Numbered from the whole stretch's first letter, positions 12,296 through 25,250 are shown. The stretch is DNA of 63,474 nt, filler included, from Reticulomyxa filosa (GCA_000512085.1; 24 parts of 24 records of this genome joined end to end with filler, not necessarily neighbours in it); one strand, 5' to 3'. Notes: generated by a model not told the origin, from the sequence alone. Made by a program: numbers and translations.

Positions 12296-13672
12296 TTGTT
12301 AATGAGATACCGATCTGTGATTGAAGGATGTATTTTGCACTCCCTTTCGCTTCGGTATTTGCACCTGTTGGCTTTTTTAGTTAGCCAATGATGATGAAGG
12401 GTATATTTTTTTTTTTGATATCTTTTGAATGTTTCTATAAAACTGCAAAACATATCGATTTTTTTTCATCTAGAATGCTAATTTCAATCCAACATGGTTC
12501 ATAACCTGATGTTTGGAATTTGTCTTGTTTGATTTCGAATATTCTTGAGTTGAATGGAGATCTCGACGACATAAGATAACTGTTTCACTCCAGAATTCAT
12601 TATATAAATTCTGGAATTGATGTTTTGATGCTCTTCTTGATGTCTCTGACGGAAGCATTCCTGAAGGAGACAAATATGTGGTTGAACTGCGTGGAGATTC
12701 TGCTCCAGCAATCATCTTCAATATCTATGATTTCTTGGATCTCTTCTTGATCAATTTGACTATTCTTTAATAATGAAGATGACAATGCTTGAACAATAGA
12801 CGTTATCTTTCAATTGTTTGATTTTGTCCATTTGATCATTCATTTTGTTTTTATTTTGTGTGTGTGAATATCCATTTCCATTTTTCTTNNNNNNNNNNNN
12901 NNNNNNNNNNNNNNNNNNNNNNNNNNNNNNNNTTAATTAATTAANNNNNNNNNNNNNNNNNNNNNNNNNNNNNNNNNNNNNNNNNNNNAAAAAAAAAAAA
13001 AAAAAAAATTGCGAATACAAAAAATAAAACAAAAAATGTTACTTTCCATTTTTTGTTTAATTTATAATACATTCGACAAGGGACTTGGTATGTGGATATT
13101 GAATGGATGAGGTAAGCTATCTTATACAGTATAAGATTACGTGATATGAGTTATGAGTGATCTAACACTTTCCCTTCTAAAATTTAAACTTTTCTTTTTA
13201 CTTCCTAGCTCTAACTTTCATTTTAGGTTAATTTTTGCCTCTTAGCACCCTACATGAGCAGTGATAAAATAGGAAATGATACCTTATGCAGATTATCAAT
13301 TTTCTATGTGAAAATCAACATTTTAAAATTTTTTAACTTCATGTATTTGAGACGAGCATGCAACATGCAGAAGTTGAGGAAAAATCAACAATCAAACAAA
13401 TTTTTGAAATTAGGATATGAATTGACATGCCTTTACAAAGCCTGAGAAGATAATTTTTTTTGCCTTTAGCCTCTTGAAGAAATTATGTCGAATGCAAAAA
13501 ATATGACTTAATGTCAATTTTTGAAGCTGTTTGACAGTAAGACCATTTTTTACAAAACGTACTCGCATTTGTCAAGCAATGTTGAGATTTTCTTGAAAAC
13601 AAACAGCAAACGAGTCAAGTGCAAGCGTTGTTCCTGTTTGTATGACCCTTCTCTTTTTATATCTTGGACTCA

Positions 13673-14116
13673 ATGGAAAGACTACGATCGTGTTTGCGGT
13701 CCTTGCGGAAGAATAATCCTTTTCGAGAATGTAATATGTCCATTGTACTGTGTGTCACACACGATAATCCACTAAGTAAGAAAAAAAACTTGTTGCAGAC
13801 AAGTCGACTCGGTTTGTGCGGGTGAGAGATCACAAATTGGTGTGTATATATTATTCCGTGATCATTGGCGTAATTTTATATGTGGTGTTGTTCACGGTGG
13901 TAAGCGAGCGTGGATACCAATCGTTCGAGGCTGTATCTGGGACGACGTCATTGAAGGTAAGAATATTGCACTGTAATATTGGTTGTTCTTTTGTCCCGAA
14001 CTCGTCCTAGGGGCAGTTTTTTTTTTTTTTTTTTGCGGACTAGGTCAAAGGCACTGGCTCCACTGGAAATGCTTCAGATTGGCGCTATGCAGTTCCTTAC
14101 GACACTATAGACTTGG
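13673..14116 (+). CDS. P2X purinoceptor homologue, N-terminal part (exons 13673-13730, 13799-13956, 14044-14116; 3' truncated)
   Basis: Spliced translation MERLRSCLRSLRKNNPFREYKSTRFVRVRDHKL-[TM1]-ERGYQSFEAVSGTTSLKVKG...YDTIDL shows a Yx(T/S)x(K/R) motif, TM1, GYQ, the ATP-binding KVKG lysines and D-x-x-D. The GT-AG introns keep frame. Confidence 0.82.
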
Positions 14117-14264
14117 GTATGAAGCTAATACGAAAATTTTTTTTTCAATGAGTTAGAAGGGGGGNNNNNNNNNNNNNNNNNNNNNNNNNNNNNNNNNNNN
14201 NNNNNNNNTTAATTAATTAANNNNNNNNNNNNNNNNNNNNNNNNNNNNNNNNNNNNNNNNNNNN

Positions 14265-14305
<41 letters not shown>

Positions 14306-14357
14306 TGATCTCAAAGTATACGTAATACAAAAATACGAATTATGCACAAATTGTGTT

Positions 14358-15689
14358 ATGTTGAAACTTTTGGGTGACGATATTGTACAGTACAACCTGT
14401 TGACACATTTGATATGTCCAGCAACCGGCAACAACAGCAAGTGTTTGCGTTATCTGTTGGAATCGGAGATAGTGTCATCAAGCAAGCAGCTGGACATAGC
14501 GTTGCAACAAGCGATCGCGTATCAAAACACGGAAGGGATAAAGCTGTTGTTAAGCGCCAGATATTTGGACGAAAAGAAGCGAACGATGAGAGACTACTCG
14601 TCGTATTACGTCCAAGAAAAGGGCAAGTTGCAACTGGTATGGCACTACCTGCAGCGCGAGTTGAAACAAAGCGAATTGACGCAAGTGATGACATCATTGA
14701 CGAAGGTAATGCAACAAATGATACGCGATTGCAAAGTGATCTGTGGCGATCTGTTCAATCTGTGCTGTTTGTACGACAAGCAGAAGATGTGGGAGGTACT
14801 GTTGGAAAAGTGTCAGCAATTGTTGAATGTCGATCACCTGTCACAGCAGCCCTTACATTGGCATTGGCTTCAAGAGCACATTTTGAACAATGCGAGTATA
14901 TTGTTGTGGTTGGATGAGTATGAAGAAAAAAAAAAAGAAAAAGACAAAGACAATAATAAAATTGACAAAGACAATGATAAAATTGACAAAGACAAAGATA
15001 AGGTAAAAAAAGAAAAGACTAATGGTCATCAAAACGGTAAAAAGCAATCCCATTTCAAAATCAAATGGCAACAACTTTTGCACATTTGCGACCAGGAAAT
15101 GCAAAAAGAGGTCGGCAAAATGTATTTGCAATTGAAAGAGGACATTGAACGAAACGAAGAGTGGTACCGGGCGATATGTCAATGGAAGTACGAAGGTAGC
15201 AGTGGTAGTAGTGACCCGCAGCACTGGAGACAGGACACGACCGAGACGGGCGTCCAACCCATGCTGAATGAAAAGAAACTGCTGGAAATGTCCCTACGAA
15301 GCAGCGATCTGTCCTTTGTCCCCAAACATGTATATGACTTTGACATCTACTTAAGTCAGCTGCTGACCAGGGCACACGAAATGAACGAACACGTCCAACG
15401 CGACATGCAGCGCATTTTCAAACCTTTGAAAAACTGTCAGTTTGTCAGTGGGCCCATCAAAACCCACGAGCGTTGCAAGATGAAAGCGCAAGTGGAATAC
15501 TCCAATGCAAAGTTCCCCAAGTCAGCACACATTATCGACGTCATTCGATGTCAGGCCAGCTTTCCAACCATTGGGGATTTGAAAGATGGTTTATTCTATT
15601 GTGTCGATCAAATTACAAAGAGTGGGTATATGAAAATTATGCGAGTTAAAAATGGGTTTCAATTAATCAATCAAGTCGATGATGAAAAC

Positions 15690-15725
<36 letters not shown>

Positions 15726-17553
15726 GATGTCAAAGATGATAGCAATGGACATTCATTGTTACAATTCAACCGGACAAAACGGTTCAATTTGTGCATCCCA
15801 ACCAGTTACACCGACATCAAACTTAATGTAATATATACCAAAAACAACCAAAGCATTGTGTTTGAAGTGCAATTGCTACTCAAGACCATCCAAGACTTCA
15901 AAAAACGCAGCAATCAAATATACGAAATTGCACGAAATGAAGAGTTTATGTTGGGATGCTTGCAGCAGATTTCGATTCACTCATTTGATTTTCAGTTGAA
16001 ACTGGCCGGGTTCGATCAGCACGCCCTGTCGCACTTGATGCTGTACCATCCCTTGGAGTTTGCGCATTCCAAAACCATTTTGGTCGAAAAAGGTTCCACC
16101 GGTGGGAATTACATCTCGCTCATGGCCACCAATGATCACGTCCAATTCCACAATGCCAAGGAGTTGTTGCAAGACAACACCTTCATTCCGATGGACGTTG
16201 TCCAAGCTCAGCTGATGGAAAAAGACAAATTCTTCGTCTATCCTCTCATGCAGGCCCTATCGCACCAAATGTCGATCCCGTTGATTCGTCTGTTCATCCC
16301 TGCCGATCGTTCCAATGCCTCTTTGATCTTCCATTCGCTCGACCTCTATCATTCTTCCTGCGTTCACTTTGGTGTCCAAAATCCATGGGTTGACTCCTTG
16401 TCCATGATCACTTTGCTAAGAGAATATATCCCTGATGAGACCGAATGGCAGAAGCTTCTTTCTTCCGTCGATGATGTGGTATTTTTTTATTTTTTATTTT
16501 TTTTGGTGTTACAAATAATTTTTTTTGAAAAAAAAAAAAAAAAAGAAAGGGTTGACCCCGATCATGACAGCAGTACTCTATCAACCTCAATTGACACAAA
16601 GTGCTGTCCAAAAACTCATTCCTGATAACTTGAAAGATGCTTCCACTTTTTGGGAATTAAAATCTCAAGAGTCTTTAGTTTCTTTTTTTTTTTTTTTTTT
16701 TTGTTAATAACTTGGTTTGGCACAAGGCAAAAAAAAAAAAAAAAAAAAAATAACTAAACATATAAAAAGTGAAACGTGCCTCTTGCGTTTGTGCAGGCGG
16801 AAATGAACATCTTGCACTTAGTGTTTGAAAGAAGATTACCAAATGCAAGCCATCGATTGCAGTCGTTAAGTCAATGCGTCCCCCAAAAGTATTGGGAGGC
16901 AATGCTGCATGTCACGGACACAGTTGAGTTTGTTCCATTCTTTCCTCTTTCGTGTGGCTGATAGGAGAGAGAAAAAAAAAAAGGCCATATTTGTAGTTGA
17001 CTGTACCAAAATATATATACATATATGTATACTAGTATGGACGAACACCAATGATGTATGGAATCAGACAATCGCTGGAATTGAATGATGATATGATGAA
17101 GTTGCTGGTTCCTAAAGATGCAAATTTGCAATTTTGGAAATTAACTGTCAACGTATTTCATATATTTATATATTATATGTACATATACATATATTACCCC
17201 ATTTTCTTGATTTGACGTTTCACAATAAAAATAAAATAGCAAAAAGCAAAGAGGTCTCCAAACTGCAATGTGATCCATCTAAGTTTGATGAATGAAAACG
17301 GAGATGACCGCAATCGATTGGTCTGCTTGTATCGAAGTATGGGACCCTCAATTTGGAAAGAACTGCTATCTATGCAAAACGACACTCTGGTATCTGTTTT
17401 ATTTTTTTACTCGATTTTAAAGCTCGACACATAACCAAACTAAACAACAAACAACACGGAAAGCTAAAAGAAACACCTTTGGCAATGGCACGCCGTTTGA
17501 AAAAACCAAAGAATGTTATTGAATTTTTGAGCAAAATTCCAACAGATGTCTGA
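14358..17553 (+). CDS. Multi-exon protein: ankyrin-like repeats + RelA/SpoT-like nucleotidyltransferase domain + ankyrin-like repeats (probably 5' truncated)
   Basis: A 755-aa ORF plus downstream exons (KGLTPIMTAV, YGRTPMMYG, ETPLAMARRL). The central domain has GPIKTHERCKMK, IIDVIRC, RVKNGF, SYTDIKLN, FEVQL and QIYEIAR. Confidence 0.75.
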
Positions 17554-18019
17554 TTTACTAGTTTCTTTCAGTTGTATAGAATTGCAAAGTATTAGTTGGA
17601 TTGTTAATATAAACTAATTTTGTTTAAAAATTTTTTTAAAATGTATATCAAAGTATGAAATTTATCTTTAAAAAATAAATGAATAAAAAAGCGGTATTGC
17701 ACTAATTAATCAAAGATAATCACTCGATGATACATATGAAAAAGTAATTGTATGTGCCAGAACGAAGTTGCATAATTGTGCTTGAAAAGGTGTTGGAGAA
17801 AATCTACAACCAACAGACTGCAGAAAACATACAGACGTCGGTCACAGAAAACAACTTTTGACAGTTGTTCATACTGAATAAAAAAAATCAAAGCCCCCTT
17901 ATTAAGACCAAACTCAAACTAGTACATCATATCACGTCTATGGACATTCTGAACATGTATGAAATCTAAACATTGTGAATTAAAATTGGGACAGTATAAG
18001 CGCAATCCAGATATCAGTC

Positions 18020-18225
18020 CAATGTAAGAGCTGTTGCTGAAGGAGACTGCGCTAAATGTAATACGAAAAGTGATAAACTCTTTCGAGCAGATTTTCAATA
18101 ACTCAAAGTAATTTAAATAAATAAAGAAGAAATGGCAAAAACAATAACGAAAGAGTAAAGGGAAAAAACACAAGAAAGGTTGTTGTGAAGAGTTGGGAAA
18201 GTTTAACCCACCGGGGGCTCATCAG
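18020..18225 (-). repeat. Interspersed repeat family copy (related to 23033-23270 and 35229-35320)
   Basis: AATACGAAA(A/G)G...AAAACACAA...TTGTGAA..TTTA(A/G)C(C/T)CACC matches the reverse complement of about 23075-23270. Confidence 0.6.
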
Positions 18226-19805
18226 NNNNNNNNNNNNNNNNNNNNNNNNNNNNNNNNNNNNNNNNNNNNTTAATTAATTAANNNNNNNNNNNNNNNNNNN
18301 NNNNNNNNNNNNNNNNNNNNNNNNNATAATGTAGCATTTTAGGTGTTCAGTTTTTTTTGCAACATACTGTATATATTAATTCATTTGATGTTGTCTATTG
18401 AAAATATACATAATTTATATGTTTCAACATCCTATAAACGAATAGTTTTATTATAGATCCAGAGCACAATATTATCAATCACTCAATTATGAAAAATCAA
18501 TTCATCAACATCATAAATATGTACATGTAAATTTGCAATTGTTAATTACATTGATATCACGAATTTTTTTGTCTTATGAAGAATAACAAATAACATTACT
18601 AATATATTAATGATATGTCGAAAATTTCATGTGTCCATTACTGATAAATTATATAAATTAAGCAAAAAAAGTAATTGAACATACTAAATACAAAAAAATT
18701 AAAAAAAATTTTAAAATATAAAACTACAAGATTTAAACATATTTTAAAAAATTATGTTCAAATGTTTACTTTTCATATATAAAATCTAATTTTGCAGTTT
18801 TTTCTGCAATAATATATTATTTTTTTTTATATCGATTTGCATTTAATGCTTTAGTGGATGCACTAGTAACTGTAGAAAGTTTCATTACAACGTGAATTTC
18901 TTTTTTCAACAACATCACTTTTGATTTATATCACTTCTGATGTCTTTGTTTGGTTAAGGCAATATAATTGTATTGTTTTATTTCTAAATAAATAACGTAA
19001 TAATAACTAAACTTTATCTTTATTCAAACACATTTGTAACATTATAATGTACTATCTCGAAACGTGTACATATTCGTGCTTAGATTAAACTCAGTTTTAT
19101 AAAGAACTAGCTTTCAGAAAAAAATAACAAGTCATCATAAGTTAAAAAAATAATGTACTTATATAAACAAAACTTGCCACTTTCAACAAAATAAATTTAG
19201 TATATATCTAATATTCTACTTCGTTCTTCAGCTTAAATTATTGTTTATTGATTAAAAATTTCATAAAACTTATAATCAACTTCTTTTTCTTTTCAAACGT
19301 TTTGAATTATGACTAAGAAAAATTGAATGTTTGAAAAAGTCCAAAGTTATAAGAGATTGCAAAGCAGAACAAATTCTTCCGATTTCCAAAAAATATTTTT
19401 TTACATTTTGTAAAAGAGTTCTTATAATTAAAATGTTTATTTATTTTCAAAATAGATTAGCTCGTCAAACTTCATTTCAGAAATCTTTTATCTATCTTGT
19501 TTGACAGTAAGCCCATGTTTATTTCATTCCAGTACGTCTAACTTTATTAAAATATTGAAACATGTTACAATAATGAGAAAACTCTTATTGAATACGCTTT
19601 GAAGATCGTATTAACAGTAAACCGTACATTAGCAACTGCGAGTTAAAAAAGCTACTCCATCACCAACACTTGGAGTGTCAACATAAAATAAAATATTTTG
19701 AAAGGCTCAATAATTGTTTTTGTACAATTAAGATGTTTCCAAATAATTCAAACTCAAAGAAAGACTAGTTTGAAAAGGATGCTTCGGCTTGTTATCGAAG
19801 CAAAA

Positions 19806-21463
19806 TTATTTTTTGTTTTTTGAGGCATCCGAGTTGATGGCCCCAGGAGAATAAACAATACGAGTGCAAATGGTTTCAGGCAAAGCATTCATTTGCTTTC
19901 TGACTTCACGCGACAATTTTTTGTCAGCGTCAACCTCAATGAGCATATATCCAATATCTGATGCAGTTTTTAGTGCCTGCGCACTGATATTGTAGTTACA
20001 CAATATTTCCATAGTTTTCTATGCCCACAAACACCAAGCAATTTATGCAGTTGTATGTGTATACACGAGGGGAGGGGGAGAAAGAGAAAAAAAAAAAAAG
20101 AATTTCGAAACTCGCATGACACCAGGCACATTTTTGTGCACATTCAAGATTCGATGAGCACTCAAATTAGGAGGCAAAGAAATCTCTGGAAAATTGACTG
20201 CGGCAATGGTGCGTCCTTCATTTATGAATCGTCCAATTTTTTCCGCAACTTCAAGTCCAATGGCTTTTTGTGCTTCCATCGTCGACCCACCTTGACAAAT
20301 TAATTACGTATACAAAAAAAAAAAAGTGCAAGAAAAAAAAGAAAAATCCAAAGAAAGCAGGGGGGGGGAGAGTGAGGGAGAGGGACAGAAAAAAAAAAAT
20401 GTACCAATATGTGGGGTCAATATCGTATTGGGACAATTGCAAAGTGGAAGGTTAGCATCAGTCGGTTCCGTGGGATAAACATCAAAATACGCTCCCCCCA
20501 AATGTCCATTTTTCAAAGCGTCTGCAGCGGCTTTGATATCAACACATTTTCCTCTTGCAGCATTCATTAAATAGCTGCCTTTTTTCATTTTAGCGATCTG
20601 ACTTTTCCCAATCATTTCGTGTGTGTCTGGCGTGTAAGGTACGTGCAAGCTAACAAAATGAGATTGCTCCAGTATCTCATCGATACTTCCTTTGGCAACG
20701 GCGTTGCCCAATGGCAATTTTGGGATCACGTCATAATATATCACGTTCATACCCATCGCCTCGGCCAACACAGACAATTGAGACCCGACGTGACCATACC
20801 CAATTATACCCATTGTTTTGCCACGGACTTCATAGCACCCATGTGACATCTTTGTTTATTGCAGTTGTTTTTTGTTGTTGTGTATACGTGTCTCTCACCT
20901 TTTTCTTTTTTTTTATTGTTCAACTTTGACAAATTTTCCTTCGTGCATCCATCGATTTTGATCACCTGCCTGTCTTGCCAATACTATGGTGTGAGCGATT
21001 ACCAATTCTGCAACACTTCGCGTATTCGCAAAAGGGCTCTTTGGTTAATTTTTTTATGGTTTGTCATTTGTGGTTAAAAAAAACAAAAAAACTTTCTTTT
21101 GGAAAAAAAAGGAAAAGTACAACTTTAAATGTTGAGTCATACATTGAAAACGGGGATCCCTCTCTCCGCCGCATATTCCAAATCGGTTTGGTCCGTTCCA
21201 ATGCAGAAACAACCAACGCACAACAATTTTTTTGCGTGACTTAATACTGTCTTGTCTAATTTAGTTTTTGAGCGCACTCCTACTACGTGTGCGTCTGAGA
21301 TTTTCAATATCAGCTCTTCTTGCGTTATCTTTGGTATTGACTCCACTGTGAAGCCCAGACTAACGAAATAACTGATGGCTTCTTGATCTATCCCTTCCAG
21401 TAACAATACCTTTATTTGATTCAATGGAAATGATGTCTCAAAAGCTTCGGTCTTCTCTTCCAT
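19806..21463 (-). CDS. serA: D-3-phosphoglycerate dehydrogenase (SerA type with C-terminal ACT domain); 5 exons: 21143-21463, 20925-21038, 20405-20849, 20112-20290, 19806-20018
   Basis: GCFCIGTDQTDL, NSPFANTRSVAE, GIIGYGHVG, NAARG, TPHIGGST and HKNVPGVM. Splicing of all five exons preserves the reading frame. Confidence 0.95.
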
Positions 21464-21984
21464 ATTTATGATTTGGTTGTTTTTAAAAAAAAATAAATGT
21501 GACTGAAAATTACGACTTGTTTTTTACTTAAAAACTGCTTATTTTCTGTTTTTTTACCAAAATTAATTTTGCATAATTTGTTTTAACTTTTTTACGTTAC
21601 AATTTCCAAAATCCTCAAGGAAAAGATTAGTTAAGATTTTCAAATTTACAAGTTAGTAGCACAATAGAAGATTTAAACTGCTCAAAAAGTGAAATTTTCA
21701 ATTTTTTTCAGGTTTTGCGAAGTCAAACGTTTTTAATCAATGGCTTAAGATCACTTTTCGAAAAAAAGAACTGTTTGTTTTACAACAAACATGTTTGTGG
21801 GAAGGATATCTAATTAAAGTCAATATTTGAACGAGTTAACAAAAAATACCATAACATGCTAGGCACAACCACACGTAATCTTTTAAATTTTAAGTTTAAA
21901 GTTGGCCACAAAGCGGTTTAACCTTTATTTTATTTGCTCACATTTTGCATTGTTTCTACTTCAAGACAAACAAACCACTTATTA

Positions 21985-22744
21985 ATGGAAATTGAAATCA
22001 ACAGGAAAGAAGATCTGAACATTTGGACTTCAAAGAGGATTGATAAAAAGTTTAAAAACCGTCACCAAAAGAGCAAAAAGACAAGCGCTACCGCACGACG
22101 AGGTAAAAAAAATACAATACGCAAACAAAAGCGACTGTATTGTAAAGACTTGGTATGCCGCAACAAAGACCAGTCCGAAATGACAATAAGGCAGATTTGC
22201 GGAAGGTTTTACATACAATATAATATGACATACTATGACAGAATGTCGCTATAGCTTGACATGTATTGTATTGAATACACAATAAAAAAAAAAGAGTGAA
22301 GCATGTAAAAGGGATAATAGAAAAGGACTCTGAGAAGGAAAGTGAGGACGACGAAAAAATAGACGGTGAGGAGATTATATCACAATATCCAAGACCAGCC
22401 CAAATAATGAACATTAACGACGTAGTGCACGTGTGTATAGTGGAGACAACAGTAATGCTGGAAAGAACGGATAGAGAGAAAGAGAAATATGGCAAGGAAA
22501 TTTGGACCGTAAACGGCATCTATTTGAATATACGTTTCGAAGAAAAATCTAATGATAATGACGATGATGATAATGAGAAGGATCTCTCGCAACAAATTCC
22601 GATCACAGAGTTTTTAAATAAGACCCAATGCGAAGGATTGCTTCGTCAATTATGGCCTGATTCCATTGCATCTTGCCACTTCAAGTTTTATCTCTTTTGC
22701 TGCATACGTATACGTACACGTATACGTGTTAAAAAAAAAAAAAA
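21985..22744 (+). CDS. Hypothetical protein, two exons, 3' truncated
   Basis: A basic exon (MEIEINRKE...) and an acidic exon (22296 ORF) separated by a GT...AAAAAAAG intron-like segment. No recognisable domain. Confidence 0.4.
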
Positions 22745-23032
22745 NNNNNNNNNNNNNNNNNNNNNNNNNNNNNNNNNNNNNNNNNNNNTTAATTAATTAA
22801 NNNNNNNNNNNNNNNNNNNNNNNNNNNNNNNNNNNNNNNNNNNNACTTTCTTTTTTTATCTTACAACAACAATTCAAAAACACGTGTCATTTTGCAAACA
22901 TGCTCAACCTGGTTACTTACGCAAACACACAAAAAAAGAAAAATCAATAGAATATATCTTCGCTAATTGACACAAAAACGTTTAAGAACCTGATAAAAAA
23001 AATCACTTTAACAACTAATTTATTGAAAAACT

Positions 23033-23270
23033 TTGTGAGGGTAAGTCCCTATTATCAATCTCAAATACTAATGGAACGGTGGGACCACTGGTGAGCTAAA
23101 AACCCTTTTCACAACACAACGCACTTTTGTGTTTTCTTTGCTTATTTTCCTTTTGTTGAAATTATTTTTGTTAATTTAATTTCCTTTTACTGAAGTTGCT
23201 TTTTGGAACTAAGTTCCTTTCGTATTGTGCTTAGTCGTCTCATTATTCCTACAACACAGTCGCTATTTCA
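23033..23270 (+). repeat. Interspersed repeat family copy
   Basis: AAGTCCCT.TTAT.AATC...ACTAA.GGAACGGTGGGACC...CAACACAAC.CAC is shared with the reverse complement of 35229-35320. Confidence 0.75.
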
Positions 23271-23832
23271 ACTTTTTCCCGAAAATTTTCAAAAATCATA
23301 AAATATTCAAATTTTTTAAACAATTAGTAAATATGTAATAAAAAACCAAATGATATTTAAAAACTACAATATTTGTAGATTTTTAAAAAAATTATGTCTG
23401 GCTGTTTTTTCATGAAGAAAATCAATAATCTCTACAAGGTGCCGTTTTATGTGTCAACTTTCTTTTGCGTTCTACTGTAGACAATATGCAATTATGTAGT
23501 GAAAATAATATCACATGCGGAATTTATGAGAACTTATGTCTTTTTTTTTGCTTTACTTATTTAGTTAATAAAATTTTTGACGATGAAGAAGCTTTGAGAA
23601 GACGAATGAGAAAATATTAAATGTGATCAAATAAAATACATACTGACTTTTTCACCATAATTTTTTGTTTATTTGCAAATGCGCTACTGTTTTAGCATGT
23701 GCAATGAACTGAAACAAAATATTTGCAAATAAAAGCAAGACAAAGAATTTCAAATTTGGAAAGACCAACGAAGCTGTTGTGGCGAAGAACGAGAAAAGTT
23801 CAAAAATCTAGCCAACATATAGAGAGAGATAC

Positions 23833-25250
23833 ATGAATTGGTCAAATCGAGAAAAATGTGTGTTGGTATTGACGATATTGATATTTCAATTTTGTTTAGA
23901 AATTTTGCGAGGCGTTTCGTCGTCAAGAGAAACAGTGCGTCTGTCAGTGGAGGGTGTGTTGGAATGCAATCATGGACACACGAAAAATGGAAGTAAAGTG
24001 TATGCGGTATATACGGATGGGAACAAGGACTATTTTGCGACGATTATTGGTCTGCACTACGCCTTGCGTGTGAAGTATCGTTCCAAATACCCTTTGGTGG
24101 TATTTTATGATAGCAGACACACGTCAAAGGAACAGGTGGCAATTTTAAGAGACCACTTGCACATTACCACTTACGCCACACATCCAAAGCCGTTCGAATA
24201 TCCGCATTGTCGCAACTGCAACCCACAACAAATGCAAAAACTGAGTATACTTTCTTGTCATTCATACATACGAACATGCATGCACATGCATACAAATAAA
24301 AATTTTAAAAAAAAAAAAAATGAGTAGAATTATGGAATGCGACGCAATATGAACGAATCCTGTTTTTAGATTGCGACACGGTATTATTAAATCACATGGA
24401 CGAACTATTGGAAGGACATCCCACTCCAGCATATTCGGTGGACTCGGCATTCCTGTTGGAGTTCAATGCAGGCGTGTCATTGTTCGAGCCCGACCAATGG
24501 TACTACGAACACATCATTGTGCCGCACTTGCGCAAGGCACAAGAGTTCAATCGCGGGGAAGGCTTCTTCGCACTCGATGTGAACAACGACGTGTTCAACA
24601 CGGCGGCAAACGACCAGGGTTTTTTGTTCTCGCTGCTTACCAACACCGACCTGCCTTTGCCCAAAAACCGCACTAAAGGATTGCGTTACTACTTACTCCC
24701 CGGCGACTACGGGCTATCCACACAAGTCATCCATGGCAGGCCCTATGCCATTAAACCAAGTCCATTTATCGACTCCATGAAACATGATCAGTTTGACTTT
24801 CTTTGTGTATATGTACATATACATATACATATGTATATATTATATATGTACACATATATATATATATATAGACATGACTTCTCCAATTATGGAAGGTCCA
24901 AATATTACTGGAGATATCGGGCAAAACATGTGCTAAAATGTGTCCATTTTACCAATCACAAACTTTGGCGAACTCAAGAAATTGAAAAGTTTTCTGAACT
25001 CACCTCGCTGTTGGTGCGGCAGAAAACCTTTCTTAACGACTACCATGAACAGGTATTGCTGGAACTTACGGTTTTATATTGGTCTTTGTTTCAACAAGGA
25101 AAACAAAACTTATGTCGAACTTCTCCATCTACTTGCCAAAACCCTGACCTTGTCAAAGTATTTCCTAATATTCCACAGTATGTCACTGACTATTTAAGCA
25201 ACGACTGTTCACAGTTTAATATTGTCGTACCAAAGGACGCTTTTGTCTGA
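23833..25250 (+). CDS. Glycosyltransferase family 8 (glycogenin/GUX-like), type II membrane protein
   Basis: N-terminal hydrophobic anchor, spliced KLKLWNATQYERILFLDCDT (DxD motif; intron 24245-24327), FNAGV, DQGFL and VHFTNHKLW. Confidence 0.85.

Noticed and set aside
14356-15375. Antisense and alternate-frame ORFs overlapping real genes (also around PLK, DnaJ, the RCR ligase and pstS)
   Set aside because: They are shadow ORFs of the true coding frames, with no motifs of their own.
19806-21463. Recent bacterial transfer of serA
   Set aside because: The gene has four spliceosomal introns and host-like composition, and this ACT-domain PHGDH type is also native to other eukaryotes such as fungi.
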